A stretch of 64,000 nt of DNA from Stellaceae bacterium. Lineage in GTDB: Bacteria > Pseudomonadota > Alphaproteobacteria > ATCC43930 > CGMCC-115725. The position numbers and the translations under genes were made by a program. The first letter of the stretch is position 1, and the number at the start of each line of letters is the position of its first letter. Positions 9,832 to 21,188 of this stretch are shown here, piece after piece. Location: positions 2,357-66,356 of the forward strand of contig DASYXI010000031.1 of the NCBI GenBank assembly GCA_035934995.1. Reading direction: 5' to 3'. The notes under the pieces were generated by a model. It searched no databases, was not told the origin of the DNA, and saw only the letters and a list, made by a program, of their open reading frames with translations.

Positions 9832-11606
9832 GGTCCGGCTTCAGTCAGTGTCCAGATCACGGCCCAGGGCGGCAGCGTTGCCGCATTCACATTCCGGCCC
9901 CACAGGATGCGGCCGGCGGCCGACCGAACCGGCGCGGCTGTCGTGGCGGGACCGAGGTTGGCGATCAGCGTCAGCGCGCTGCCGTCGCCGAGCCGCCACG
10001 TCACGACCAGCCTGGTCGCTTCGACGGCGTATTGGGCTCCGCCGCGTATCCCGGGAAGCCGCGGCACGATTTCCTGCCGACGGATGTCGAGCAAACGCCG
10101 AATCACCGGCGTTGCAGGAGGGCGCGTGCCGAGCTGGCTCGTCGTGAAGGTCTCGAGCGCAAGCGGGTCCGGAATCGCCGCCATCGCTTCGCTCGTGACG
10201 AAGGCCGAGAATTTCGCGAACTCGCGCCGCCTTCCGTCGCGCACCGCGGCGCCGAGCGCGCCGGCGAAATCGCAGAAAAACAGGAACGGCGTGGCGGCGT
10301 CCCACTCTTCGCCCATGAACAGCAGCGGCGGCGACGGGCTGAGGAGCAGGATCGCGGTAGCCGCCTCAAGCGCCGCGGGCTCGGCGAGTGTGGTCAGGCG
10401 TTCGCCGAACGCGCGATTGCCGATCTGGTCGTGGTTTTGGAGGAAGTTGACGAACGCCATCGGCGGCAGGTCGCCGCTCGCCTCGCCGCGTGGCGCGCCG
10501 CGATAGGCCGAGGGCTCGCCCTGGAAGGCGAAACCTTCGGCCAGCGCGCGGCCGAACTTTGCGATCGGATCGGCCGCGAAATCGGCGTAATAGCCCTCGG
10601 TCTCGCCCGTGAGGATGACGTGCGCGGCGTGATGAAAATCGTCATTCCACTGGGCGTTATAGACGGCGATCCGATCATCGGCATCGCGGCGCAGGTAGGT
10701 TGCCTGGTTGGCGTCGTTTTCGAGAATGAGATGGACGTGACGATCGGCGGGAACTGCCAAACGCACGCGCGCCGCCAACTCTTCGAGAATGTCGGACCGG
10801 CTGTCGTCACGAATCGCATGTACGGCGTCGAAGCGCAGGCCATCGAAGTTGAATTCGAGAATCCAATAGAGGGCGTTGTCGATGAAGAAGTCACGGACCG
10901 GCCGCGCGGCGAAATTGATCGCCGGGCCCCAGCCGGTCTGCGCGTCGGTGAAGAATCCCGGCGCATAAAGACCGAGATAATTGCCCTCGGGTCCGAAGTG
11001 ATTGTAGACGACGTCGAGGAAGACCATTAGGCCGCGCCCGTGCGCCGCGGCGATGAAACGCTTGAGCGCGGTCGGCGTGCCGTATCGCGAATCCGGCGCG
11101 AAGGGCAACACGCCGTCGTAACCCCAGTTGCGCTTGCCCGCGAAATCGGCGAGCGGCATGAGTTCGATTGCCGTGACGCCGAGCGCGGCGAGCCGTGCGA
11201 GATCGGCCTCGGCCGCGGCGAACGTGCCTTCGCGGGTGAACGCGCCGACATGCAGCTCGTAGATGACCGCTTCGTGCCACGGCCGGCCGCGCCACGCCGT
11301 GTCGGGCCAGTCGAAGGCTTCCGGATCGATCAACGCGCTCGGACCATCGACGTCGCTCGGTTGAAAGCGCGCCGCCGGATCGGGCACGGTATGGGCGTCG
11401 TCGACGATGTACTGATAGGCGGTGCCGGCGAGCAGATTCGGCACGCGCAGGCCGTACCAGCCGTCATCGGCCGGACTCATGGCGAAATCACGCCGGGTTT
11501 CCGGCAGATGTAACACGACGCGCCGCGCCGCGGGTGCCCAGAGGCGGAACGCCGCGCCGTGCGCGTCAAGCGATGCTCCGAACGCCATGCGATGCTGGCG
11601 TCGCAC
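9828..11606 (-). CDS. treZ: maltooligosyl trehalose trehalohydrolase
   Basis: 592-aa ORF with blocks FRLWAPAA, AIELMPLADFAGKRNWGYDGVLPFAPDSRYG and FDGLRFDAVHAI. Confidence 0.9.
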   Translation of the reverse strand: MRRQHRMAFGASLDAHGAAFRLWAPAARRVVLHLPETRRDFAMSPADDGWYGLRVPNLLAGTAYQYIVDDAHTVPDPAARFQPSDVDGPSALIDPEAFDWPDTAWRGRPWHEAVIYELHVGAFTREGTFAAAEADLARLAALGVTAIELMPLADFAGKRNWGYDGVLPFAPDSRYGTPTALKRFIAAAHGRGLMVFLDVVYNHFGPEGNYLGLYAPGFFTDAQTGWGPAINFAARPVRDFFIDNALYWILEFNFDGLRFDAVHAIRDDSRSDILEELAARVRLAVPADRHVHLILENDANQATYLRRDADDRIAVYNAQWNDDFHHAAHVILTGETEGYYADFAADPIAKFGRALAEGFAFQGEPSAYRGAPRGEASGDLPPMAFVNFLQNHDQIGNRAFGERLTTLAEPAALEAATAILLLSPSPPLLFMGEEWDAATPFLFFCDFAGALGAAVRDGRRREFAKFSAFVTSEAMAAIPDPLALETFTTSQLGTRPPATPVIRRLLDIRRQEIVPRLPGIRGGAQYAVEATRLVVTWRLGDGSALTLIANLGPATTAAPVRSAAGRILWGRNVNAATLPPWAVIWTLTEAGP

Positions 11607-11612
11607 GGCGGC

Positions 11613-13685
11613 CTATGCCTGCTCGCCGACGAGCGCCATCAACGATCGCGGCTGCACGTTCAGCCGATCGGCGGGTGCTAAAACGGCGTTGCCGAAGCCG
11701 CTGTCGGCGGCGGTGTCGATCTGCACATGCCAGGCTTTGATATTGGGAGTCTCAGGCAGCGTGAACGCCACGGCCTCGCTGTGGGCATTCATCAAGAGCA
11801 TCAGCGGCTGGCGCGTCGCGTCGAACACGGCTGCCAGAAACCGGACGTCGGGGATCTGCCAATCGGCCTCGGTCATCTCGGCGCCGTCGGCGTGCAGCCA
11901 CGTCATGTCCTTGCGCCCGTCGGCAGTCGCCGTGCCATCGAGAAACCGGTCGCGCGTCAGGTGTCGGTCGTGACGGAGGTCGATTAGGCGTCGGATGAAC
12001 GTGGTCAGATCGCTGCCGGGCTGCCACAGGCCCGACCAATTGACCCAGCCGATGTCGTTGTCCTGGCAATAGGCGTTGTTGTTTCCGCTTTGGCTGTTGC
12101 CCATCTCGTCGCCGGCCAGCAGCATTGGCACGCCCAGGGATAACAGCAGCGAAGCCAGAAAGTTGCGTCGCTGGCGATTGCGCAGCGCGACGATCGCGGC
12201 ATCGTCGGTCGGTCCTTCGGCGCCGCAATTCCAGCTGAGATTTTCGTTGGCGCCGTCGGTGCCATTTTCGCGATTGGCATCGTTGTGCTTGGCGTTGTAA
12301 CTGACAAGGTCGGTAAGAGTGAAGCCGTCGTGCGCGGTGACGAAGTTGACGCTCGCCGATGGCTTACGGCTGTCATGCCGGAAGATGTCGGCTGATCCTG
12401 CGATGCGGCCGGCGACGGCGCCGATGACGCCGCCATCGCCGCGCCAGAAGCGGCGCAAATCGTCACGGAACCGGTCGTTCCACTCGCTCCATCCGGGTGG
12501 AAACGCGCCGAGGCGATAACCGCCTTCGCCGACGTCCCACGGCTCCGCGATCAGCTTCACTTGCGCCAGGACCGGATCCTGGCTCAAAGCGTCGAGAAAG
12601 CTGCTGTTCGGATCGAAGCCGTTGGGGCCGCGGGCCAGCGTGGTCGCCAGATCGAAGCGGAAGCCGTCGACATGCATGACCTCGACCCAGTAGCGCAGCG
12701 AATCCGTGACAAGCTGGAGTACGCGCGGGTGGTTCATGCGCAGCGAGTTGCCGACGCCGGTGAAATCCATGTAGCGCCGCGGATCGTCGGGTGACAGCCA
12801 GTAATAGGAAAGATTGTCGATGCCGCGGAGGCAGAGCGTCGGTCCCAGTTCGTTGCCTTCCGCCGTGTGGTTGTAGACGACGTCGATGATGACCTCGATC
12901 CCCGCGGCATGCAGCGCGGCGACCATTCGCTTGAATTCGCCGTCGCCACCGCCGAGCAGACGTCGATCGGGCGCGAAATAACCGATCGTGTTGTAACCCC
13001 AGAAATTGCGCAGTCCGCGTTCCAGTAATATCCGATCGTCGACGGCGTAATGCACCGGCAGCAGTTCGACTGCGGTGACGCCAAGGTGGCGCAGATGGTC
13101 GATGACCTCGGGCGTGCGCAGCGCCGCGAACCTGCCGCGCATGGATTCGGCGATACCGGTATGGAGCTTGGTGAACCCTTTGACGTGCAGCTCGTAGATG
13201 ACGCTGTCGCACAAGGGCCGCCGCGGCGGCCGGTCGTCGCCCCAGTGGAAGTTATCGTCGACCAGCCGGCATTTCGGCATCACCCGCGCGTTGTCGCGCC
13301 GGTCGAAGGAGCGGTCGCCACGCGTGCTGCCGACGCGGTAACCGAAGTGCGCATCGTTCAGATGCAGCTCGCCGACAATGTCGCGCGCGTACGGATCAAG
13401 CAGCAGCTTGTTTGAATTGAAGCGGTGGCCGCGCTCCGGTGCGTACGGCCCGTGCACGCGGTAGCCGTAAAGCAATCCCGGATAGGCCTCCGGTAAATGG
13501 CCGTGCCAGATGCCGTTGGTGTTCTCGGGCAAGGGCAGGCGATCGGTTTCGTGCCGCCCGTTGGAATCGAACAGGCAAAGCTCGACCTTTTCCGCGTGCG
13601 CCGAAAACAGCGCGAAATTCGCGCCACGCGGATCGCAATGCGCGCCAAGGGGGTAGGGCCGCCCGGCCCCGAGCCGCGCCGCCAT
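11613..13685 (-). CDS. glgX: glycogen debranching enzyme (isoamylase type)
   Basis: 690-aa ORF with blocks GANFALFS, VELLPVH...NFWGYNTIGYFAPD, VDGFRFDLATTLAR and AEPWDVGEGGY. Confidence 0.9.
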   Translation of the reverse strand: MAARLGAGRPYPLGAHCDPRGANFALFSAHAEKVELCLFDSNGRHETDRLPLPENTNGIWHGHLPEAYPGLLYGYRVHGPYAPERGHRFNSNKLLLDPYARDIVGELHLNDAHFGYRVGSTRGDRSFDRRDNARVMPKCRLVDDNFHWGDDRPPRRPLCDSVIYELHVKGFTKLHTGIAESMRGRFAALRTPEVIDHLRHLGVTAVELLPVHYAVDDRILLERGLRNFWGYNTIGYFAPDRRLLGGGDGEFKRMVAALHAAGIEVIIDVVYNHTAEGNELGPTLCLRGIDNLSYYWLSPDDPRRYMDFTGVGNSLRMNHPRVLQLVTDSLRYWVEVMHVDGFRFDLATTLARGPNGFDPNSSFLDALSQDPVLAQVKLIAEPWDVGEGGYRLGAFPPGWSEWNDRFRDDLRRFWRGDGGVIGAVAGRIAGSADIFRHDSRKPSASVNFVTAHDGFTLTDLVSYNAKHNDANRENGTDGANENLSWNCGAEGPTDDAAIVALRNRQRRNFLASLLLSLGVPMLLAGDEMGNSQSGNNNAYCQDNDIGWVNWSGLWQPGSDLTTFIRRLIDLRHDRHLTRDRFLDGTATADGRKDMTWLHADGAEMTEADWQIPDVRFLAAVFDATRQPLMLLMNAHSEAVAFTLPETPNIKAWHVQIDTAADSGFGNAVLAPADRLNVQPRSLMALVGEQA

Positions 13686-13688
13686 CGG

Positions 13689-15899
13689 TCAATCCGCCGC
13701 AGGCGCCAGGAAGATCGCCGCCAACGGCGGCAAGGTCAGCGCGAGTGATTGATTACGGCCGTGCCACGGCAACGGATCGGGCGTCAGCGTGCCGCCATTC
13801 AGAACACCGCTGCCGCCGTAACGCGTATCGTCCGAGTTGAAGATTTCGCGGTAGGGTGCTCCCGACGGAACGCCGATGCGGTAGCCCTGGCGAACCACCG
13901 GCGTGAAATTGACAATCACGACGATGTGGCGACCCGCGGTGCGACTGTTGCGCTGAAACGACAGCACGCTGGCGGCGCGGTCGGAGGCGTCAATCCATTG
14001 GAAGCCGTCGTTTTCATGGTCGAGTTCGTGCAGCGCCGGCAACTGCCGATGCAGTTGGTTGAGGTCGCGGACGAGCGCGCTGACGCCTTGGTGCAACGGA
14101 TCGGCCAACAGATGCCAATCGAGGCTCTGATCGTGGTTCCACTCATTTTCCTGAGCGAACTCGTTGCCCATGAACAGGAGCTTTTTCCCCGGATGTCCGT
14201 ACATGAAAGCGTAGTAGGCGCGCAGATTGGCGAAGCGCTGCCACCGGTCGCCGGGCATGCGACCCAAGATCGAGCGTTTGCCGTGCACGACTTCATCGTG
14301 CGAGAGCGGCAAAACGAAATTCTCGTTGAACGCGTAAAGCAGGCCGAAGGTCAGCTTCTCGTGATGATGCGAGCGATGGATCGGGTCGAGCGCCATGTAT
14401 TCGAGCGTGTCGTGCATCCAGCCCATGTTCCATTTGAAGCCGAAGCCGAGTCCGCCGTTGTAGGTCGGGCGCGAGACCAGCGGCCACGCGGTCGATTCCT
14501 CGGCGATCGTCGTGCTGCCGCCAAAGCGTCCGAAACAAACCTCGTTGAGCCGCTTGATGAAAGCGATGGCCTCAAGATTCTCGTTGCCGCCGAAGCGATT
14601 GGGCACCCATTCGCCGGGCTCGCGGCTGTAATCGAGGTAGAGCATCGAAGCCACCGCATCCACGCGCAGGCCGTCGATGTGATAGCGATCGAGCCAGTGC
14701 AACGCGCTGTTGAGAAGGAATTCGGTGACTTCGGTGCGGCCATAATTGTAGATCAGCGTGTTCCAGTCGCGGTGTAGCCCCTGCCGCGGATCGGCGTGCT
14801 CGTAAAGGTGCGTGCCATCGAAGTCGGCAAGGCCGTGCGCGTCGTTCGGAAAGTGGCCGGGGACCCAGTCGAGCAGCAAGCCGATCTCGGTTTGATGGCA
14901 AGCGTCGACGAAGAATTGAAAGTCGGTCGGGCTGCCGTAACGGCTCGTCGGCGCGTAGAGCCCGGTGGGCTGGTAGCCCCACGAGCCGTCGAACGGATGC
15001 TCCGTGATCGGCAAAAGCTCGAGATGCGTGAATCCCATTTCCTTGACGTAAGGCACGAGGATCTCGGACAGCTCGCGATAAGTCAGAACGCGATTGCCTT
15101 CTTCCGGCCGCCGGCCCCACGAGCCGAGATGCGCTTCGTAAATCGCCATCGGCCGACCGTACGGATTGCGGCCGGCGCGATCCGTCATCCAGGCGCCGTC
15201 TTCCCAGTGATGGTGGTCGATTTTGGCGACGACCGAAGCGGTGGCCGGCGGCCGTTCCGCGAAATACGCGACCGGATCGGCTTTCAGCGGCAGGATCGCA
15301 CCGATGCGATCCTTGATCTCGTATTTGTAGCGCACACCCTCGCCGAGTCCCGGAACGAACAGCTCCCAGATGCCGGCGCCGGGATGGAGTCGCATGACGT
15401 GACGTCGCCCGTCCCAGAAATTGAAGTCGCCGACGACGCTGACGCGCTTGGCGTTCGGCGCCCAGACGCAAAAGACGACACCCGCAATCCCGTCGATCGT
15501 CACGCAATGCGCACCGAACCGCTGATAGGCCTCGAAATGCGTTCCCTCGCGCAGGAGATAAAGGTCCATTTCGCCGAGCCATGGGCCGAACTGGTACGGG
15601 TCGACGAACTCGGTGCTGCTGGTGTCGCGCCAGGCCGCGCGGAAGCGATACCGGTGCGGCGGCGGCGCGGCCAACGGCACGACGAAAAACCCGCCGCTCC
15701 CGGGCACGGGGCGCGCAGATGCCAACACGCCGCCGTTCGTCGGATCGGTGAGCTCAAGGCCGATGGCGTCGGGCAGGAACGCGCGCACGACGAAGCCGGC
15801 ATCCGTCAGATGCGGCCCCAAATAGGCGAATGGATCGGCGTGGTCGCCCCGAAGGATCGCATCGGCCTCGTGATCGAGGGCGGATGATGCAAACGTCAT
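13689..15899 (-). CDS. glgB: 1,4-alpha-glucan branching enzyme
   Basis: 736-aa ORF with blocks [46 protein letters not shown] and IAEESTAWP. Confidence 0.95.
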   Translation of the reverse strand: MTFASSALDHEADAILRGDHADPFAYLGPHLTDAGFVVRAFLPDAIGLELTDPTNGGVLASARPVPGSGGFFVVPLAAPPPHRYRFRAAWRDTSSTEFVDPYQFGPWLGEMDLYLLREGTHFEAYQRFGAHCVTIDGIAGVVFCVWAPNAKRVSVVGDFNFWDGRRHVMRLHPGAGIWELFVPGLGEGVRYKYEIKDRIGAILPLKADPVAYFAERPPATASVVAKIDHHHWEDGAWMTDRAGRNPYGRPMAIYEAHLGSWGRRPEEGNRVLTYRELSEILVPYVKEMGFTHLELLPITEHPFDGSWGYQPTGLYAPTSRYGSPTDFQFFVDACHQTEIGLLLDWVPGHFPNDAHGLADFDGTHLYEHADPRQGLHRDWNTLIYNYGRTEVTEFLLNSALHWLDRYHIDGLRVDAVASMLYLDYSREPGEWVPNRFGGNENLEAIAFIKRLNEVCFGRFGGSTTIAEESTAWPLVSRPTYNGGLGFGFKWNMGWMHDTLEYMALDPIHRSHHHEKLTFGLLYAFNENFVLPLSHDEVVHGKRSILGRMPGDRWQRFANLRAYYAFMYGHPGKKLLFMGNEFAQENEWNHDQSLDWHLLADPLHQGVSALVRDLNQLHRQLPALHELDHENDGFQWIDASDRAASVLSFQRNSRTAGRHIVVIVNFTPVVRQGYRIGVPSGAPYREIFNSDDTRYGGSGVLNGGTLTPDPLPWHGRNQSLALTLPPLAAIFLAPAAD

Positions 15900-18800
15900 G
15901 GCGATATCAGCGCTTTGAGCCCTCGTAACGGAATGGCGATCCAGTCGGGGCGGTTCCCGAGTTCATACGCGGTTTCGAGCGCGGCCTTCTCGATCAGGAA
16001 CAGGCTGAGCAGGCGGCGCGCGACGCCGTCATCGGCGGGCCACAGCGGGCATCCGGCGATTGCACGGATATAAGTGTCGAGGAAGCTGCGGGTGGCGTCG
16101 TCGCGCCACAACAGGACGGCCTTGAGCAGGTCGTTGCGCAGATCGGGTTGATTGGCAGTGGCGTGTTCGAGGGCGGTCCAGGCCGCATAGTCGAGCGAAC
16201 GCAGCATACAGGCGATGTCGCGAATAACCGATTGCTTGCGGCGGCGCTGGTCGAGCGGCAACTGAGGCGCTCCCTCGAAATCGACGATCTCGACGTCGTT
16301 CTTCACGACAAGGATTTGGCCGAGGTGATAGTCGCCGTGCAGCCGCGACAGCATGACGTCGCAGTCGACAGCGGCGAGCACCCGAATCTGCGCGATGATC
16401 GCATCCTTGTGTTCAAGAAGCTCGGTGGCGAACGTCCCGGCCTCGCCCGAGAAGGCGGCCTGGCTGCGCGAAAGCCGCTCGAATGTTTCGCCAACCGTGC
16501 GGGCGATGTCGTCGCCCCAAGCCATGACCTCGGACGGCGAGGCCCGCACGGTACGAAAGGCCTCGTCGCCGGATTCGACGTCGAACGCGCGATGGAGCTC
16601 GGCTGTCCGCAGCGCCAGCTGTTCGATTTGCGAGCGATAGACGGCGTGGGCGTCGGTCGATGCGGTCTGCTCGACGACCGGCGCCACTCGCGATTCCTCG
16701 AGGAAGCGGGCGAGGTAGCCGAGCGTATAGGACCATGCATCGCCTTGGTTCTGGACCCAGCCGTGGAGCACGCCGAGCGCGGTTTCGTGGCCGTCCGCTT
16801 CGATCAGCGCGAAATGACCGAGAAGCGGTGGCACGCTCTTGAAGCCGATCTGGTCGGTAAGGAACGTGCCGATCTCGATCTCGGGATGAATGCCGGGCGC
16901 GACCTGACGATAGAACTTGATGATCGCGGCGCCTTCGACGACCGCCGAGCTGTTCGATTGCTCGACGCCGCCGATGCGAATGACCGGCTGCTCGGGCCAT
17001 GGTCGGTTGGCCAACGCCTGGCTCGGCCGGAAGGCCAGTCGTCCGTGCGGAGTCTCGATCGTACGTGCGTCGCGCACAGCGGCGATGGTGGCGGCAACAA
17101 AGGCTTCGTTATGCAGCGCGTCGGTCAAATACCCCTCGCGCGGACCGTGACGAAGCTTGGCTAGCGTGATGGCGGGCGCCGGTACCGCCGGCGGCTGCCA
17201 TTCGTCCATCAACGGCAACGAGTAACGCGCCGTGAAATGCCGGCCGCGCGCCTCGGCGATGCTCCAGAGCCAATCGCGCGCGCCGAGCCGGAACGTCGTC
17301 GACCATGCCAGGCTGGTGGTGAAGGCGCGCTCGCCTTTGTGGCCGAACCAGCGGTGCTCCGCGAGAAACTGGGGCAAGATATCGCGCTCGAAAATACCGC
17401 GATTGCGCCCTTCAAGCGCAGTTGCCAAGCCGCCCAACGCGACGAGCGTATCGAGGTCGCGCGTGCGAACGGTCGCCATCGGTCCCTTAACCGGCAGCGC
17501 CAACTGGAACCAGAAGAAGCCGTGGCCTTGCAACGTGACGGTGTAGACACCCCCGTCGCTGATCACCGGAAACGCCGTCTGACCGAGCAGCTCGACGGGA
17601 ATTCGACCGGCAAATGCCGTTAGATCGAGTTCGACCGCCTGCGCCGAACGCGACAGGTTCGATACGCAAAGAACGGTGAAATCCTCGTACTGGCGCAGAT
17701 ACGCGAGAACCGCGCGGTTCGATGGATAGAGAAAGGTCAGCGTGCCGCGGCCGAAGACCTTGAGCGATTTGCGGACACCGATCAGGCGCTTCATCCAATT
17801 GAGCAGCGACGTCAGGCTGCGCGACTGTGCCTCGACGTTGACCGCCTGAAAGCCGTAGACGGCGTCCATGATCGGCGGCAGGTAGAGCGTCGCCGGGTCG
17901 GCGCGCGAGAAACCGGCGTTGCGGTCAGGCGTCCATTGCATCGGCGTGCGCACGCCGTCGCGGTCGCCAAGATAGATATTGTCGCCCATGCCGATTTCAT
18001 CGCCGTAATAGAGAATCGGCGTGCCCGGCAGCGACAACAGCAAGCTGATCATCAGTTCGATACGGGGCCGGTCGTTCCCCATCAGCGGTGCGAGCCGCCG
18101 GCGGATGCCGAGATTGAGCCGCGCGCGGCGATCCGAAGCATAGGTCGACCACAGATAGTCGCGCTCGCTGTCGGTCACCATTTCGAGCGTCAATTCGTCG
18201 TGATTGCGCAGGAAGATCGCCCATTGCGAGGATTCGGGGATTTCCGGAGTCTGGCGCAGGATGTCGGTAATCGGGTGACGGTCTTCGCGCGCGATCGCCA
18301 TGTACATGCGCGGCATCAGCGGGAAGTGGAACGCCATGTGGCATTCGTCGCCGTTGCCGAAATAATCCTTCACGTCCTCCGGCCACTGGTTGGCCTCGGC
18401 CAGGAACAGCCGGTTCGGAAACTCGCTGTCGAGCTGTGCGCGCATCTGCTTGATGACGGCGTGCGTCTCGGGAAGGTTTTCGTTGCTCGTACCCTCGCGT
18501 TCGCAAAGGTAGGGCACGGCGTCGAGGCGGAACCCGTCGACGCCGAGATCCGCCCAGAACCGCATGTTGTTCAACACGGAACGAATGACATGCGGATTGT
18601 CGAAATTGAGATCCGGCTGATGCGCGAAGAATCGGTGCCAGTAGAACGCGCCGGCGACGGCATCCCACGTCCAGTTCGATTTCTCGGTATCGTTGAAGAT
18701 GATGCGCGTGTTCTTGTATTTGTCCTCGGTGGCGCTCCAGACGTAATAATCGCGATAGACCGAGCCAGGTTTCGCGTGCCGGGCCCGTTGGAACCACGGG

Positions 18801-19174
18801 TGCTGGTCGGACGTGTGGTTGACGACCAGCTCGACGATGATGCGCATGCCGCGGCGATGCGCTTCGCGCACCAGCTGGCCGAAATCGCGCAGCGTGCCGT
18901 AGGCCGGATGGATGTTGCGGTAATCCGAGACGTCGTAACCGTCGTCGCGGAACGGCGATGGAAAGAACGGCAGCAGCCAGATAGCGGTTACACCGAGGTC
19001 CTGAAGATAATCGAGCTTGGCGATCAGTCCGGGGAGGTCGCCGATGCCGTCGTTGTTGGCATCGAAGAACGCCTTGATATGCAGCTCGTAGATGATCGCG
19101 TCCTTGTACCAATCCGGCGCATCGGACTGGACGCGCGCCTCGGGTAGGACGGTCCGTGCGGTGACATCAGGCAT
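15896..19174 (-). CDS. treS: trehalose synthase fused to maltokinase (TreS-Pep2/Mak)
   Basis: 1092-aa ORF. The N-terminal half is a GH13 trehalose synthase ([50 protein letters not shown]). The C-terminal half is a maltokinase-like kinase ([23 protein letters not shown]). Confidence 0.9.
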   Translation of the reverse strand: MPDVTARTVLPEARVQSDAPDWYKDAIIYELHIKAFFDANNDGIGDLPGLIAKLDYLQDLGVTAIWLLPFFPSPFRDDGYDVSDYRNIHPAYGTLRDFGQLVREAHRRGMRIIVELVVNHTSDQHPWFQRARHAKPGSVYRDYYVWSATEDKYKNTRIIFNDTEKSNWTWDAVAGAFYWHRFFAHQPDLNFDNPHVIRSVLNNMRFWADLGVDGFRLDAVPYLCEREGTSNENLPETHAVIKQMRAQLDSEFPNRLFLAEANQWPEDVKDYFGNGDECHMAFHFPLMPRMYMAIAREDRHPITDILRQTPEIPESSQWAIFLRNHDELTLEMVTDSERDYLWSTYASDRRARLNLGIRRRLAPLMGNDRPRIELMISLLLSLPGTPILYYGDEIGMGDNIYLGDRDGVRTPMQWTPDRNAGFSRADPATLYLPPIMDAVYGFQAVNVEAQSRSLTSLLNWMKRLIGVRKSLKVFGRGTLTFLYPSNRAVLAYLRQYEDFTVLCVSNLSRSAQAVELDLTAFAGRIPVELLGQTAFPVISDGGVYTVTLQGHGFFWFQLALPVKGPMATVRTRDLDTLVALGGLATALEGRNRGIFERDILPQFLAEHRWFGHKGERAFTTSLAWSTTFRLGARDWLWSIAEARGRHFTARYSLPLMDEWQPPAVPAPAITLAKLRHGPREGYLTDALHNEAFVAATIAAVRDARTIETPHGRLAFRPSQALANRPWPEQPVIRIGGVEQSNSSAVVEGAAIIKFYRQVAPGIHPEIEIGTFLTDQIGFKSVPPLLGHFALIEADGHETALGVLHGWVQNQGDAWSYTLGYLARFLEESRVAPVVEQTASTDAHAVYRSQIEQLALRTAELHRAFDVESGDEAFRTVRASPSEVMAWGDDIARTVGETFERLSRSQAAFSGEAGTFATELLEHKDAIIAQIRVLAAVDCDVMLSRLHGDYHLGQILVVKNDVEIVDFEGAPQLPLDQRRRKQSVIRDIACMLRSLDYAAWTALEHATANQPDLRNDLLKAVLLWRDDATRSFLDTYIRAIAGCPLWPADDGVARRLLSLFLIEKAALETAYELGNRPDWIAIPLRGLKALISP

Positions 19175-21188
19175 CGCTGGGCCCCGCCAGCTTGAAAGCG
19201 AAGATCGGTCGGCCCGGCCCGATCCAGATCGATTGCCGCGGGTCGGCCCATTGCAGGGTCTCGTCGGTGAACAGATTGCGGACGACGAAACGCGCGTCGT
19301 TGCTCAGCCCCAAGCGCGTCAAAGGCATGTCGATCGTCGCCACCTCGTCGCCGGCGGGATTGAGGCTGACCGCGATGAAAACGCTTTCATGCGCGTCCGC
19401 CGCCATGCGGGCATAGAACAGGATGCGCGGATTGTCCGCCGTCAGAAATTCGAGATTGAGCCCGTCGGTGAAGACGGCGTTCTCGCGCCGAATGCGGTTG
19501 AGTTCCGCAATGAAGGGTTTGATGTTGCCGGGCCGATCCCAATCCCACACCTTATATTCATATTTCTCGGAATTGGCGTATTCCTCGGAATCGGGCAGCG
19601 CGCGGTTCTCGCACAGTTCGAAGCCGTTATAGATGCCCCAAAGTCCGCCGAGCGTAGCCGCAAGCGCCGCACGAATGCGGAACGCCGCCGCGCCGCCGGT
19701 CTGGAGAAACCGCGGCAGGATGTCGGGCGTGTTGGTGAAAAGATGAGGCCGGAAATATTCGCGCGCGTCGCCGCGCGTCAGTTCGGTGAAATAATCTGTC
19801 AGCTCGACCTTGTCGTTGCGCCAGGTGAAATACGTATACGACTGGGTGAATCCAAGCTTGGCAAGCTGATGCATCGGCTTGGGCCGCGTGAACGCCTCGG
19901 ACAGGAAGATGATTTCGGGATGCGCCGCTTGAATCTCGCGAATCAACCACTCCCAGAACGGGTACGGCTTGGTGTGCGGGTTGTCGACGCGGAAGACATG
20001 CACGCCGTGCGCGATCCAGAAGCGAACGACGTCGCGCAGCGCGCGCCAGATGCCATGCCAATCGGCAGCGTCGAAATTGAGGTTGACGATATCCTGGTAT
20101 TTCTTCGGCGGGTTCTCGGCGTAACGGATCGAACCGTCGGCGAGGAGCTCGAACCAATCGGGATGTTGCTTGATCCACGGATGGTCGAGCGAGCATTGCA
20201 CCGCGAAGTCGAGCGCGACTTCCATGCCGCGTTCGCGACAGGCGGCGACGAAGTCCTGGAAATCGGCGAGGGTGCCGAGCGCCGGGTCGATGGCGTCATG
20301 GCCGCCGGCGGCGCTGCCGATCGCATAGGGGCTGCCGGGATCGTCGTCGGATCCGCCGACCGCGTTGTTGCGGCCTTTGCGGCTGGTCTGGCCGATCGGA
20401 TGAATCGGCGGCAGATAGATGGTGTCGAAACCCATCGCCGCGATGTCGTCGAGCCGCGCGATACAATCGGCGAACGTCGCGCTCTGGCCCGGCACGGTGC
20501 CCTGCGAACGCGGAAACATCTCGTACCACGCGGCAAAACGCGCCTCGGCGCGGTCGACGACCAGTGGCCGCGCGGGCTCGAGCCGGGTCACGCGGCGGCG
20601 CGGACCCCACTCCGCCATGGCCGTTTCGAGCGCCGGCGCGAGAAACGGATCGACGGCCGTCGCCGCATCACGCTGAGCGCTCGCAAGCGCAGTTTCGATG
20701 GTCGTCCGACCGTTGCCGTCGGCGTAGCGCACCGCCTCTGCCAGCAGCGCGACGCCTTCGGCGAATTCGTCGGTCAACGGTTGCGCCGCTTGACGCTTGG
20801 CGGCGAGCCGATCGCGCCAGCTCGCGAAAGCGTCGGTCCAGGCCTCGATGGTGTAAAGATGCCGGCCGGGTTCGGTCAGCGTGATGGCGCCGGACCAACG
20901 ATCGTCGTCGACCGGCTGCATCGCCGCCATGCGCCAGTCGACCGTGCCGGCGCGGCATAACAGCAGTGCGGCGCGCAGCCGGTCATGGCCATCGCCGAAG
21001 ATGTCGGCCGACACCTGAAACTGGTCGCCGACGATGCGCTTAACAGGATAGCGGCCGTACGCGATTTGCGGCGCGACGCTTTCGATCGCGATGCAATGAT
21101 TGCCGGCGACCGGTCGCAGGCGCGGCACCTGGGCCTTCGCCTCGGCCGCCGCCGGCGCGGGCGCGGTAACCGCCATCGGTCGAGACAC
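19167..21188 (-). CDS. glgE: alpha-1,4-glucan:maltose-1-phosphate maltosyltransferase
   Basis: 673-aa ORF with GlgE-type N-terminus YGRYPVKRIVGDQFQVSADIFGDGHD and catalytic blocks HVFRVDNPHTKP and LSEAFTRP. Confidence 0.9.
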   Translation of the reverse strand: MSRPMAVTAPAPAAAEAKAQVPRLRPVAGNHCIAIESVAPQIAYGRYPVKRIVGDQFQVSADIFGDGHDRLRAALLLCRAGTVDWRMAAMQPVDDDRWSGAITLTEPGRHLYTIEAWTDAFASWRDRLAAKRQAAQPLTDEFAEGVALLAEAVRYADGNGRTTIETALASAQRDAATAVDPFLAPALETAMAEWGPRRRVTRLEPARPLVVDRAEARFAAWYEMFPRSQGTVPGQSATFADCIARLDDIAAMGFDTIYLPPIHPIGQTSRKGRNNAVGGSDDDPGSPYAIGSAAGGHDAIDPALGTLADFQDFVAACRERGMEVALDFAVQCSLDHPWIKQHPDWFELLADGSIRYAENPPKKYQDIVNLNFDAADWHGIWRALRDVVRFWIAHGVHVFRVDNPHTKPYPFWEWLIREIQAAHPEIIFLSEAFTRPKPMHQLAKLGFTQSYTYFTWRNDKVELTDYFTELTRGDAREYFRPHLFTNTPDILPRFLQTGGAAAFRIRAALAATLGGLWGIYNGFELCENRALPDSEEYANSEKYEYKVWDWDRPGNIKPFIAELNRIRRENAVFTDGLNLEFLTADNPRILFYARMAADAHESVFIAVSLNPAGDEVATIDMPLTRLGLSNDARFVVRNLFTDETLQWADPRQSIWIGPGRPIFAFKLAGPSDA